IMG/VR virus record: IMGVR_UViG_3300032675_000001
Location: 1-64,000 of that record
Strand: one strand, 5' to 3'
Length of the DNA: 64,000 nucleotides
The translations under genes and the position numbers were made by a program. Of this stretch, positions 1-10,800 are shown piece by piece (positions within the stretch are counted from its first letter, which is position 1; the number at the start of each line of letters is the position of its first letter). A model generated the notes under the pieces. The model made no database searches, had not been told where the DNA came from, and saw only the letters and a list, made by a program, of their open reading frames with translations.

Positions 1-1060
1 CATTTCCAGTGACGTTTGCGCCTGTAATAGAGCTAAGTGCTGCACCATTACCGAAGTGATTTGCAGTGACATTAGCACCAGAAATGTTACCTGTTACTGC
101 AAGTGAAGTCAAAGTGCCAACTGATGTGATGTTTGGTTGAGCAGCAGTTGTTAGATTTCCCGATACTGACGTAAATACTGCATTGTTTCCACCAATGTTA
201 CCTACATTGGCATTACCTGTTGCATTTAAAGTTCCAGATACATTTGCACCAGTAGCCGTGACTATTAATACGTTTGCTGTGCCACTTACTGAAACTCCAA
301 CATTTCCATTCGCAGTATTGATGTTAACATTGGAAGTGCCATTAGCAATTGTTGGTCCTGTTACTGCAAGAACTCCAGTTAACTGTGAACCATTACCGAT
401 GAAATAATTTGCTTTGATATTTCCTGCATTGGCATAGATGTTTCCAGAATTGGTTATCGTGTTACTCACGACATTGTTTGCACCAACTGTTCCTGAGTTT
501 GCATATATGTTTCCAGCAGTATTAAAATTGCTTCCAGATACATTACCTGTTGCGGCTATTACATAAGTGCCTAAATTGCCTACATTAGCATTACCCGTAA
601 CAGCCAATGATCCTGTTGTGGTTAAGTTTCCACCAGAAATATTTCCAGTTACAGATGCAATATTACCAATGAGACCGTTGGCTGTCACGTTTCCGGTAGT
701 GGCATTCACGTTGCCAGAAACGGTGATATTAGTTACTCCGGTGATATTTGCAGGAAGGTCAATATATAAAACTTGAGTTGCCTGTGTAATGGCAGCATAT
801 GATGCACCATTGGAACCGGCACCTATACTCAATGTGCTTGTTTGAAACTGCACTTCCGAAATGTTGGCATTGATTATTACATTGCCAGTAGGATTGTTTA
901 CAGTAATTCCCGACCCAGCATTAACGGTGAGAACAGCCTGAGACTGTAATCCAGAAAACAGTTCTGTAAAGTTCGTCTGAACTTTTTGGAATGCTGTTCT
1001 GATTGCATCTGCGCTCGAATCGTTAGGAAATGAACCGAAGTCAATATTCTGTTGTGCCAT
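1..1060 (-). CDS. Partial tail fibre/baseplate-like structural protein (runs off the window start)
   Basis: Read by eye: ATG at 1060 gives MAQQNIDFGSFPNDSSADAIRTAFQKVQTNFTELF, a T4 gp9/gp10-type N-terminal motif, followed by G/N/T-rich beta repeats (GNANVGNL); late promoter ATAAATA upstream. Confidence 0.75.
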   Translation of the reverse strand, partial: MAQQNIDFGSFPNDSSADAIRTAFQKVQTNFTELFSGLQSQAVLTVNAGSGITVNNPTGNVIINANISEVQFQTSTLSIGAGSNGASYAAITQATQVLYIDLPANITGVTNITVSGNVNATTGNVTANGLIGNIASVTGNISGGNLTTTGSLAVTGNANVGNLGTYVIAATGNVSGSNFNTAGNIYANSGTVGANNVVSNTITNSGNIYANAGNIKANYFIGNGSQLTGVLAVTGPTIANGTSNVNINTANGNVGVSVSGTANVLIVTATGANVSGTLNATGNANVGNIGGNNAVFTSVSGNLTTAAQPNITSVGTLTSLAVTGNISGANVTANHFGNGAALSSITGANVTGN

Positions 1061-1115
1061 GTTTCTAAATCACCTTATGTTGTATTTATCATTATTGGCA
1101 AGAACGCTAGCCTCC

Positions 1116-1149
1116 AAAAAAATAGCCGGGAACTAGCCCGGCTATTTTT
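1116..1149. terminator. Intrinsic terminator (A tract / T tract, possibly bidirectional)
   Basis: AAAAAAATAGCCGGG-aactag-CCCGGCTATTTTT. Confidence 0.85.
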
Positions 1150-1170
1150 ATTACTAGTATTATGTGGTAG

Positions 1171-3504
1171 TTACTTTCTAATACCAGCTAACTTTGCCCA
1201 ATCACTAGCTGACTCATTGATATCTTTAGTGTTTAGGTGTGAGTGCATACGATCATCTTGACCAGCAACCACTGGAATAGTAGTTTGACCAGTTGACTTA
1301 GGTTTGTTCAATCCGCCTGAGATTACCTTAGTCATGAACTCAATGTCTGCTTCCCAATCTTCATCATTGTTTCTGCGAGCATTATTGGCCCATTCGTCTA
1401 GCTTGTTATCTGGCTTATTATCAAACGGATTGCCATTGTTCTTCATCTTGTCTTTGATTTCTTGTTGATGATAACCATTTACACCTTCTTCTAGATCATC
1501 TTCTTCATCTAGTTCTTTGCTGGTGTCATACCATTGTTTACCATAGTCTGGCTCATCTTCTTCATCTTCGCCATCTTCGTCGTAGTATGGGCCGCTCTTT
1601 TTGCGCTTGAAATGCTCGTCCCAAGCTTTTTGAGTATCTGGATGAACTGCTTCATCTACCTCTTCATTTTCTTGTGGACCGTTTTCTTCTTTCTGTGAAG
1701 CGTCATAACCGGCTGCTGCATTATTTGCTGCACTGTTGCCCTTTGTAGCATTCTGTGAGTTTGCTGCACCATTGTCTGAAGGGTTCTGTGGCTGTGCAGG
1801 AGATTGTCCTTGCTGTGGTTCTCCCTCATCTTCTGCCATTTCATATGACATCTGATCTTCTGACTCAACTTCGTCAAGCTTGCCTTCATCACATTCACAT
1901 TCAGATTCTGGCATACCGCAGTTTTCACATTCTGCTTCTTCACCTTCGCCAGCATCATCACCATCATGTTGAATACCAGATAGCTTCTTCATCAAACCAA
2001 GCATACCGTCATTGTCATCTACAACTTCAATATCGCCCGGTGTGTTTACTTCACTTGAAGGAGCTTGAATGCTGAAACCTCTTGGTTCATCACTAAGTTC
2101 TTCGTGACCACCTTCTCCACCGAAAATGCCCAAACCAGCTTGACGAACTAGAGCAAGAACTTGGTCTGCTTCTGCGTCAGTGGCGCTGATGTTTACAGAA
2201 TCGGGTGCGCCCTGCTGTCCCTTGGAAACAGAAACAGTTAATCCCTCAGTAAGTGACTTCTTTGAAGACTTTTTACTTTCGTTAATTTGCTTACCTTCAT
2301 TGATGAGGTTTTCAAGTTCACGATCCCATGCTTCAAACGCGAAATCCTCTTCGCCAAGATGTGAATCATAATGAGAAGTATCAGTAAATGATTTTCCGCC
2401 CACTGTGAACTTGCCACCGTGTGGTGTTCTTGCGAGGCCAGCAGTGAAAGCATTACCTTCATCCATCTCACCAGTATAAGGATCACGTGCAGCTTGATCT
2501 GCCATGCCGTGTGTAGTTGCTGGCATGTGAGGAGTTGCCATACCATAGCATTCGTCCATCATACCATAGCATTCATCAAGACCTTCTTTATAACCTTCAT
2601 GATATGCTCTGCATTCTTCCATGTCTTCATAGTTCTTACCGGCATAAGAGTGGCCTTTAAGTCCATGTGATTTACCCTCAAGACGGGCTGCTCTGATACG
2701 GTTACTCATATTTTCCTTCACTGCCTTTTTCTTATCTGCTGCGGCCTTTTTCATTGATTCTTTCTTGTCGCCGTCTTTGTCTAAATCTAGGAAGTCTGGC
2801 TTAGCTTTTTTAGCTTCAAGAGTAGTTCTACTTCTACCTGCTCCTAATGCTGCACCATAAGTATCAACTCCTGATGCTGATGGAATATCGCCTTCTTTGA
2901 CACCCTTCTTCCAGGCGCCCTTTGCACGAATAGCAAAGTTAAGTTCCTGCTGCTTAGTATATTCAGGTGAACCCTTTTTGTGAGGACCTGACTTGTGAAG
3001 TGCTGCAAGTTGCTTTTCCAACTCAGCCTTGGTTTTACCTTTGAACATTCCCTTCTTAGAAGGATTCAATTCAGTGTCTCCGCCCCACTTTTCGTCAAGC
3101 TCTTCTTCTTGGACAGCCTGAGTTGAACTTGTCTGCATAGTTGCACCGCCCTGCTGTGCTTGGTTGCCCTGTTGCTTTTGTTGTCCCTGCATTGGCTGCT
3201 GTTGAGTCATGACAACCTGAACATCTTGTGGATCAAGATTTGAAAGCATTTTTGAAACTGCTGGATTTTGACTAGTTACAACACCCATTCCTGCTTTTTT
3301 ATTTGTTGGGTCTAGAACTGGAAGTGGTTTTTGTCCCGGAGCCATTGCTTCATCCAACTGTCTGAACATATCTTTCAAAGACATATTCTTTGGTTCAACC
3401 TTTACTGGCTGAGCAGGAGCAGATTCCTTGAGAATCTTTTTCTTAGGTGGGGCTTTTGGAGCAGAAGCTTCTAACTGGCTCATCTTTTTCAACAAGTCTT
3501 TCAT
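1171..3504 (-). CDS. Large acidic low-complexity protein, probable prohead core/internal head protein
   Basis: 777 aa, E/D-rich, many LxE sites, PDFLDLDKDGDKKE motif, ends WAKLAGIRK. Confidence 0.55.
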   Translation of the reverse strand: MKDLLKKMSQLEASAPKAPPKKKILKESAPAQPVKVEPKNMSLKDMFRQLDEAMAPGQKPLPVLDPTNKKAGMGVVTSQNPAVSKMLSNLDPQDVQVVMTQQQPMQGQQKQQGNQAQQGGATMQTSSTQAVQEEELDEKWGGDTELNPSKKGMFKGKTKAELEKQLAALHKSGPHKKGSPEYTKQQELNFAIRAKGAWKKGVKEGDIPSASGVDTYGAALGAGRSRTTLEAKKAKPDFLDLDKDGDKKESMKKAAADKKKAVKENMSNRIRAARLEGKSHGLKGHSYAGKNYEDMEECRAYHEGYKEGLDECYGMMDECYGMATPHMPATTHGMADQAARDPYTGEMDEGNAFTAGLARTPHGGKFTVGGKSFTDTSHYDSHLGEEDFAFEAWDRELENLINEGKQINESKKSSKKSLTEGLTVSVSKGQQGAPDSVNISATDAEADQVLALVRQAGLGIFGGEGGHEELSDEPRGFSIQAPSSEVNTPGDIEVVDDNDGMLGLMKKLSGIQHDGDDAGEGEEAECENCGMPESECECDEGKLDEVESEDQMSYEMAEDEGEPQQGQSPAQPQNPSDNGAANSQNATKGNSAANNAAAGYDASQKEENGPQENEEVDEAVHPDTQKAWDEHFKRKKSGPYYDEDGEDEEDEPDYGKQWYDTSKELDEEDDLEEGVNGYHQQEIKDKMKNNGNPFDNKPDNKLDEWANNARRNNDEDWEADIEFMTKVISGGLNKPKSTGQTTIPVVAGQDDRMHSHLNTKDINESASDWAKLAGIRK

Positions 3505-3507
3505 GTC

Positions 3508-4134
3508 TTATCCTTTACTTGCGCCAGTTTGTGGCTTTGCTGGTCTGGTGATGGTTGACATCGGGCTGTGAATGCCACGTGGGTCATTATCTAAATATGG
3601 CTTGAATGGATCAAACGCATCCGGAGTTCTCTTGCCATCAAATGTGTATTGAATTCTATCATCTTTGGATTGATCTTTGATGCTTTCAAGATATGAATCG
3701 CCATATGCTTTAGATGCAGCTTTCGCACCCTTTTCTTCTTCCATTTCTTCATGTGTAAGAACAGGGTTATGTCTCATCTGATTGGCATATTCATCCATTT
3801 CATCATTGATACTGTCATCATATGATGTTTTGACAACACGAACAAGATTCACGTTATACCCAAGTAACTGTGCAATCTGTTGGATCATTGGTTCAGTAGC
3901 AGGATACCTAAAGACAGCCTTGATGATAGTTACTGACTCGTTTTCCAAATTAGGAAAACCGTATGGGTCTTTCTGAATTGGAGTTGATTTTGGTTCAGAG
4001 ATTTCAACAGGATCAAACTTCTTCAAGTTGAAACGAAACATGTCAAGAAAGTTCTTATCAACGTTCCCTGCGATCTTGATAGTGTATGCATAGGTGCGGA
4101 CACTTTCTGCGATGAAATGTTTTAGGCTTTTCAT
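3508..4134 (-). CDS. Hypothetical virion protein
   Basis: 208 aa ORF; N-terminus MKSLKHFIAE resembles the T4 capsid-targeting sequence; late promoter upstream. Confidence 0.55.
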   Translation of the reverse strand: MKSLKHFIAESVRTYAYTIKIAGNVDKNFLDMFRFNLKKFDPVEISEPKSTPIQKDPYGFPNLENESVTIIKAVFRYPATEPMIQQIAQLLGYNVNLVRVVKTSYDDSINDEMDEYANQMRHNPVLTHEEMEEEKGAKAASKAYGDSYLESIKDQSKDDRIQYTFDGKRTPDAFDPFKPYLDNDPRGIHSPMSTITRPAKPQTGASKG

Positions 4135-4167
4135 AGTAATCCTTGCAATAGCTTTATATTATATTTA

Positions 4168-4650
4168 TCATTGATCTGTATTTTTGTTGTTCAACATTTT
4201 GAGCAACTCATTGCGATCAAACGATTGTCCTTCACCGATGGGCTTAGTCTGTATCTCTTCGCTTTTAGCTTGCATTTTTTGATCAAGTTGAGCCTTTTTC
4301 AGTTGCATATCAAGCATTTTGAGTTTTTTGTTGATCTTTGCCGTTTTGGCAGTAATAGCATGACCAAGGAACCCGCTTGCTGCACTGAATATGTCTGCGC
4401 TGAATCTGGAATCAACTTGCATACCTAAATCTACTAGGTCTTTGTAGCTGGCAGTAGCTAGATCAGCCAATTCGTCCATCTCTTCGTCGGCTGCTTCCAG
4501 CCCTTTTACTTGAGGTAGCGCATTGTCAATCTTTTCCAGATTGCTTACTGCTTCTTGTGTTATTTCTCTTGCGTGTTCAAAGATTGGCTGAGTAAGATCA
4601 TCATCTTCGCTCGTTGCCAACTCAAACAGTTCTTCTAGCTTTTTATTCAT
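4168..4650 (-). CDS. Coiled-coil protein, possible terminase small subunit
   Basis: 160 aa, helical, late promoter CTAAATA upstream, next to the head-completion gene. Confidence 0.4.
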   Translation of the reverse strand: MNKKLEELFELATSEDDDLTQPIFEHAREITQEAVSNLEKIDNALPQVKGLEAADEEMDELADLATASYKDLVDLGMQVDSRFSADIFSAASGFLGHAITAKTAKINKKLKMLDMQLKKAQLDQKMQAKSEEIQTKPIGEGQSFDRNELLKMLNNKNTDQ

Positions 4651-4662
4651 GTAAGTATTTAG

Positions 4663-5097
4663 TTACTTGCGTCCATTATAGAACAAATCATCTTCAGTAA
4701 TGACACGAAAAGTCAATCCCTGAGCCTTACAATAAGCATTTGCTGCCGCCCACTTGGCATGGTTTATAGCAACAGTCATTCTGTCCTTTGCGCTTGCGGT
4801 CTTACTCTCAATGATGCTTTGTTTCTTCGGCTTGATTTCAACAACTTCAGCAAGGGTTTTGCCGTGTTTGTTCTTATACACAACGAAGAAATCAGGAATG
4901 TAGTTTGTTGGTTTGCCAGTAAACGGATGGCGATATTTAATAGCCATTGATTCACTTGCCCAATGTAACACGTTATCATTGTTGTCACAAAAGGTCATGA
5001 ATGTGAGTTCCCAGCCAGAACGATATCTAGGCTGGTGCTTTCCTATATACTTTTGTGGATTTTTTGGGGTATAAAGACCTTGTGCCCACTTAGCCAT
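4663..5097 (-). CDS. Head completion nuclease (T4 gp4-like, TnsA-N fold)
   Basis: PKNPQKYIG...YRSGWE...WASE...YIPDF...EIKP...KWAAA...ITE motifs. Confidence 0.9.
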   Translation of the reverse strand: MAKWAQGLYTPKNPQKYIGKHQPRYRSGWELTFMTFCDNNDNVLHWASESMAIKYRHPFTGKPTNYIPDFFVVYKNKHGKTLAEVVEIKPKKQSIIESKTASAKDRMTVAINHAKWAAANAYCKAQGLTFRVITEDDLFYNGRK

Positions 5098-5098
5098 A

Positions 5099-5452
5099 TT
5101 ACTGCACTACGTTACGCTGCACGGCCTGATTTGGAGTAGGAATACTTCCAGTCCCATATAGTGCTACTTTAGACTTAAATGTGTTTAAATAATAGCATAT
5201 TACACTATTCATCTGTAATGTGTTGTTTGATCCTTTTATGATTTGAAGAAGTTCAATAACACTAGTGCCACTTTGCTGAGCAATATTAAACAGTATTGCA
5301 GTAAAGTTATTTGCTATAGTTCTATTATTTGATGTTCCATAGAAGTATGAGTAGACGAGATCATAATCAACAGCATTTACAACACTAGAGTTATTGTAAA
5401 AACTATCATATATTAATACGGTTTGATCGGGGTTTACAGTAATAGTTGCCAT
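5099..5452 (-). CDS. Hypothetical structural protein
   Basis: ORF track 5099..5509; start more likely MATITVNP at 5452, after a GATAAATA promoter. Confidence 0.55.
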   Translation of the reverse strand: MATITVNPDQTVLIYDSFYNNSSVVNAVDYDLVYSYFYGTSNNRTIANNFTAILFNIAQQSGTSVIELLQIIKGSNNTLQMNSVICYYLNTFKSKVALYGTGSIPTPNQAVQRNVVQ

Positions 5453-5480
5453 ATTCTTATTTATCTCATGGAAATGTGAG

Positions 5481-7103
5481 TTATCCCATTGATCCATCAT
5501 TGAAATCATTCAATGCGGTGACAGGAGATGGAGGATTTGCTGCCAAATCACTTGCATTATACTGTGATCCAGCATCAGTAGTGATTGGGAATGGAGGCAC
5601 TGATGCTGATATTCCAGCTAGCTGATCTGCTGTAGTAGCATTAATAGCTATAGGTGTATTTTGAGTGGAGGCAAGCGGAGGAACCTCTGTACTAGAAATC
5701 GGTGGAATAATTGGTGTATTAAGAGAAGATAAATCCACATTTGCAACCAGCGGCGCATTATTAGCATAGATAGATGCTAGCGTGGCATTGTTTTCTGCTA
5801 ATAAGGTAGCAGTTTGATCCGTTGCAGAATAGGCATTACCGCTTTGTGTATACACTGCATCATATGCAACGGATGGTGGAGCTATATCACCATCAATGAC
5901 AGGTGCACCTGCCGTACCTGCTGGTCCAGGAGTAGATTGCGCAACAGGTGTACTAAATGGTGTATTTCTGTTGGTAGGAGCATTTCCTAGTACAGTTGAC
6001 AACATGGCCCCAATGGCATTAGGTATTGAATTATTAGATGGTGATTGGAATGCGTTGTATGCAACATTCTGCGCTTGAATGGCAGCACTAAGTTGACTTG
6101 AGCCACCGACAATAGCTTCAATCGCTCCGCCAGCAGCATTAACCAATCCACCTTGTCCAAGGGCTGCACTGTTTGATCCTTCAAGTGCAATAGGACTCAA
6201 CGTGTTATCATAGTTGGCTGGATCACCAAAACCAGTGACGATTTGGCCTGGGTCTTGCCCATCCATTGTTCCATAATTGTAGACCACAGTTTCGTAATCT
6301 ATAGTCATTTTGTTTGACATGGTGCCACCACCCTCAGCGTATGCATAGGTATCATGACTAAAGGATGTGATGATAGGATTTATTAAAGTATAAGCAGTAA
6401 ACTGGTGCTGATTAAATCCGAATACTGTAATGTTTTTGAAGAATGCTTGTCTAACACCAGTTGATGTTGTAGTTTGGCCAGTTACGAATCCCCAATCATC
6501 TTGCCCAGAAATACTAGTATTATAAATGTTTCTTGAGTTGTAATCGGCACCGCCACTTCCAGACCCTATTCCTGACAGGTTTCCAGCAGTGTTCAACAAG
6601 TTACTTATGCCGCCGCCCTGTAAAACTGAACCGGGCTTATTTGAATCATTATAGTAATATGTATAATACGCCTGCCAAAGTTTGTTTATCTGATTCGCAT
6701 TATCATCATGAAAAGTGATGTCAATAGGCTCGTACTTTATCTTTGTTTGTATGATTCTTTTTCTATTGTACTGATTAAGCTGTGTAGTATTAAAAGTGAA
6801 TGTTGGAAGTTTCACATCTTTTACCATTAACCCGTAATTCGGATTGCCTCCGCCACCCAAACTGATACCAATAGAATTTAATGATCCCTGTATCAAAGTT
6901 TGTAATGCAGATGATGATGAGGTGGCTATTGATGCATTAATGGTAAAATACGTATGAAAGAGAAATTTTAGTTTTGGTGCATTTTGATAAGAGTTTGTTC
7001 TAAAAACTCTAGAAGCATGTTGGTAGTCTCTAACATTAACACCTCCGGAAGAGGATGCTCCTCCGGAGGGGTCTTGTAGAAGATTTATGTTAAATCCCGA
7101 CAT
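5481..7103 (-). CDS. Tail-tube-like/baseplate tube-initiator protein with low-complexity C-terminus
   Basis: PKLKFLFH...VKLP...YNRKRIIQTKIKYEPIDITFHDD tube-fold motifs; directly after the tube gene. Confidence 0.7.
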   Translation of the reverse strand: MSGFNINLLQDPSGGASSSGGVNVRDYQHASRVFRTNSYQNAPKLKFLFHTYFTINASIATSSSSALQTLIQGSLNSIGISLGGGGNPNYGLMVKDVKLPTFTFNTTQLNQYNRKRIIQTKIKYEPIDITFHDDNANQINKLWQAYYTYYYNDSNKPGSVLQGGGISNLLNTAGNLSGIGSGSGGADYNSRNIYNTSISGQDDWGFVTGQTTTSTGVRQAFFKNITVFGFNQHQFTAYTLINPIITSFSHDTYAYAEGGGTMSNKMTIDYETVVYNYGTMDGQDPGQIVTGFGDPANYDNTLSPIALEGSNSAALGQGGLVNAAGGAIEAIVGGSSQLSAAIQAQNVAYNAFQSPSNNSIPNAIGAMLSTVLGNAPTNRNTPFSTPVAQSTPGPAGTAGAPVIDGDIAPPSVAYDAVYTQSGNAYSATDQTATLLAENNATLASIYANNAPLVANVDLSSLNTPIIPPISSTEVPPLASTQNTPIAINATTADQLAGISASVPPFPITTDAGSQYNASDLAANPPSPVTALNDFNDGSMG

Positions 7104-7121
7104 TCAAACTTATCTTATCTA

Positions 7122-7775
7122 TTAAGAAGTTGCAGTAGTTCCGCCGATGCCTGTTACAGAACCAGTAGAGCTATCAGAAACGCGAGTGATTGGAGTACCA
7201 ACACCGGAACCAAGTGGTGCCTGAATTGCGTTGTCAAAGCGAATAGTCAATGCGATAGTTACTACTTCGTTTGTGCCATAGTTCAATGTATTGTAGTTTG
7301 CCGTCTGCAAGAAGCAGCCATAAACTTCCCAAGTTTCAAGAACTACCGGTGCGGCAGTACCATTACCACCATCTAGAATTTCAATGTTAGTTTGGAACTT
7401 ATAGTCCTGACCAGTTGCAGCAGATGCCTGTTCAACGAAGTCAAGTTGCTTCTGTAACTGTTCACCAACAGCTTTTGAAACGCTACCGGATGCATCATCA
7501 CGAATGTTTACAGTCATTGTCTGCCATTGGTGCTTACCGGCAAGATACAGAGTTGAGTTGTAAACTGGAAGTGTGATTTCTTGGAACTGAACGTTTGGTC
7601 GTGAGCAATCAACGACTTGTTTAGTCAAATTTAAACCGCTTGATGAGCTTACGCCAAAGTTCAGGAAGTTAACTCTAAATCTGAACTGTAGTTTTGGCAT
7701 CAACAAGCCTTGGTTGCCACCAGCGTTGTCTGATGCTACCGTCATGTTGAACAATGATTGTGAGGCTGTTGCCAT
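7122..7775 (-). CDS. Tail tube protein (gp19-like)
   Basis: PKLQFRFRV, LAGKHQWQTMTVNIRDD, ETWEVYGCF, LTIRFDNA; follows the sheath gene. Confidence 0.85.
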   Translation of the reverse strand: MATASQSLFNMTVASDNAGGNQGLLMPKLQFRFRVNFLNFGVSSSSGLNLTKQVVDCSRPNVQFQEITLPVYNSTLYLAGKHQWQTMTVNIRDDASGSVSKAVGEQLQKQLDFVEQASAATGQDYKFQTNIEILDGGNGTAAPVVLETWEVYGCFLQTANYNTLNYGTNEVVTIALTIRFDNAIQAPLGSGVGTPITRVSDSSTGSVTGIGGTTATS

Positions 7776-7805
7776 TTGTATTCTCCTGTTATATGTATTT
7801 ATCTT

Positions 7806-7836
7806 AATGTGAGGGTCTTGCGACCCTCACATTTTT
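7806..7836. terminator. Hairpin between sheath and tube genes (terminator or stabiliser)
   Basis: AATGTGAGGGTC-ttgc-GACCCTCACATT perfect 12-bp stem. Confidence 0.7.
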
Positions 7837-7842
7837 ATTTCA

Positions 7843-10800
7843 TTACCCGTTGTTGTTACCGAGTGTGCCGGTAGCAAGAAGACGAACTGGGATATAGATG
7901 AATTCAACAGCCTTAACTGGTTCAATAGCAACGTCTACCCAAAGTTCATTTTGATCAATTGTTGTTGGTGTATTGTTTGAGAGATCGCATACTACCAAGT
8001 AGTCATAGATACCTCTTGTTGCAACAAGATTTACCAACAGCGATTGTACCACGCCAGTGATCTGACTTCTTGTGATGGCGTCATTAGGTTCAAAGACAAA
8101 TGGTCTTGCGGCAATTGTCAACTGACGGCGCAAGTATGCAACAAGTCTTGCAACGTTGATTCTATCAAGTGATGAGTTTGATTCATAACTTGAAATGTTA
8201 CCATAGCACAACAGACCTTGACCAGTGAAGAACACGAGTGGGTTGATGTTGTTTTCATACAATGTATCACGAATACCCAAGCTAGTCTTGATAGACACAA
8301 AGTTTCCTGTTGTCTGATCAATATAACCAATGCTTGTTGCGTTATCAATGACACCACGGCGAGTACCTGCTGCCGCAAACCAAGGATAAGCAATATTATC
8401 ATTACGCAAGAATGTTCTGATCATCATGTGTGATGGTGGAACCGCAACAATATTACCGCTTAGATCGGTTGTAGTGCCTGATGGATAGAACAGACCCATG
8501 TATGTGTCACGAGTTACGCAACCCTGTAGACCTGTTGTGTCTGCACCAGCAGCATTAGTTGCCCAGTTGACAAGACTTGTTGCATCAGCAGGAAGTGTCA
8601 TTGGAGTATCACCAACGATGAAACCAGTCTGACCTCTATTATCGTTCAGTGTAACCATGTCTGGTTGCAATTCTGGATAGTTAGGGCAGGCGATCAAGTT
8701 GAAGAATGTATCTTCATCAAGGATTGCGGTGTTGGTGTTGATAGTAGCAGCCAATGCCTTGACAACCATCGCTCTCTGAGCTTGGCTACCCATATAAGGA
8801 GCACCATTTGACATATTACCCGATGCAGTTACCCAAGCAGCAGTTTGTGCAGGATATGAAGACTGTCCTGGGAAATTAGTAGTGTTGAAGTAGCTTGAAT
8901 TATACTGCTTCACATTGTAACCAGAACGTCTTGTATTGAACAGAAGCATACCAACTGGATAAAGCGAACTGCTTGGAGCATCCAAATCAAGATAGTTACT
9001 AGTCAACAATGATTGGATTGTTGGAATAGCATCGGTTGCTGGATTTGTAGTTCCATTTGTTGCCCAACGTGCATCTTGGAAGATAATACCAGATGAACTT
9101 ATGTCGTCAGTATTGTTAATCAATACCCATTGTGCAGTTTGGTTTCCGATTGGACCGGAAAGCTCCCAACGATAGATGATTGGATAATTAACAAGATCGC
9201 TAGTATCAATCCAAAGATCACCATATTGAAGTGGAGTGCCAGCATACTGAGTAGTTGGCATTGTTGCACTTACGATTGGACCATTTGGATCAGTAGCTGG
9301 TGTTCCGCTTGGAAGTGGGAAACCACTTGAATTATAAGTTACATTTCTGTATCCCTTCCAGCCAGTTGTCGTATTGACCATGATGTCAACTTGATCAACT
9401 ACTGAGTAGAACCAGTTAGTACCATTAGCAGGGGCAAGATATGGAGCACCAGTATCGGCTTCCATAGTGAATTCCTGCCAGTTTGACAACTGAACTGAAT
9501 ATGCGATAGCGCCAGTACCAGAGTAATAGCTAATTGCCGTTACAGCGCCAGCATTTACAGATTCAACTGTAACAACCAAGTCGTTTGTTGTGTTTACACC
9601 ACCAAGGCTTGCACCATGGAAAGTGACCTTATCTCCAACTGCATAACCAGAACCAGCATTGCCGAAGCTGGTTGGGTTCACGTAGTATGTTTGATAATAG
9701 TTAGTTACATTAATCTGTAGACCAGAACCAACACCAGTAGTTGATGTCTGTGTTGGAGTATAGCTTACGACTGCGAAAGGCCCTTCTTTAACGCCCTGAG
9801 TAGTTGCGATAATGAAACCAGCATCATACATTAAACCATTACTTAAACCAGTTGATGAACTTACGTCATTGACGATAATAACACCACCTTGAGTGTGTGT
9901 AAGCTGAATTGCTCCTGTTGCTGTTACTGATGCGGAAGTATAAGGAATACCTGCCGCTGCCCATGCTGTTACAAAGTCAGTTGCAGTGGTCAAAGTGCCA
10001 CTGAAAGTATACGCACTTGACAATGAGCTTGAACCAGGAATTGATACAAATACGCTTGCAGTGTAAGAAGTTCCACCAAAAGATGGAGCATTATTACTTC
10101 CAGTAATGACAGTAGGACCAGTTGCAATTCTTTCCCAATAATAAAGAGGTGCATTTGTCCATCCATTTCTTACATCTTTGTCATACCAATATTGTGTATA
10201 GATGCTTCCTGCTGGAATTACTTGACCACCGGTTGAATCAAGTGCGGCAATTGCACTCCAATCGTCAGTTGCATAACTTACCGATTGTGGAACCCATGAT
10301 GCTGTTGCAGTATTATATTGATTGATTACTGAATTCAACCCATTACCAGCAGAACCGACTTTGAACCATACTGAACCGGTTGGCATTGGTGTTGCCTGTC
10401 CTGCCTGCCATAATGGCTGCTGAGCAGAAGTTCCATATGTTGCTGATGGCTGGTAATATGTTACGCTTGGAAGGATTTGCACAGCAGTTCCAGTTCCAGT
10501 TCCAGTTCCAGTAGCAGTGAATACCGTTCCGACCGTGTTTGAACCTGCACCAATTGATGTCCAACTAGTAGTACCAACGGAAACGATCTGATAAGTGTTT
10601 CCACTAGTTACAGATGTAGCTGCTACAGTTGTGGTTTCATTGAGACCCAATGCAGCAAGCAATGTATTAGTTCCAGTAACGGTAATGTAGAATGGGTTGC
10701 TTACGTTACTAAATGCTCCACCTGTCTGGTGTGAGAAAAGTTGGAACTTGCCTCCTACTGATCCTGCATTCAAATAAGTTAAATTCAATGCATTAATAGC

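Noticed and set aside
183-776. Plus-strand ORFs 183..407 and 567..776, and most other short ORFs antisense to long genes
   Set aside because: Shadow frames of codon-biased minus-strand genes, with no SD, promoter or motif support.
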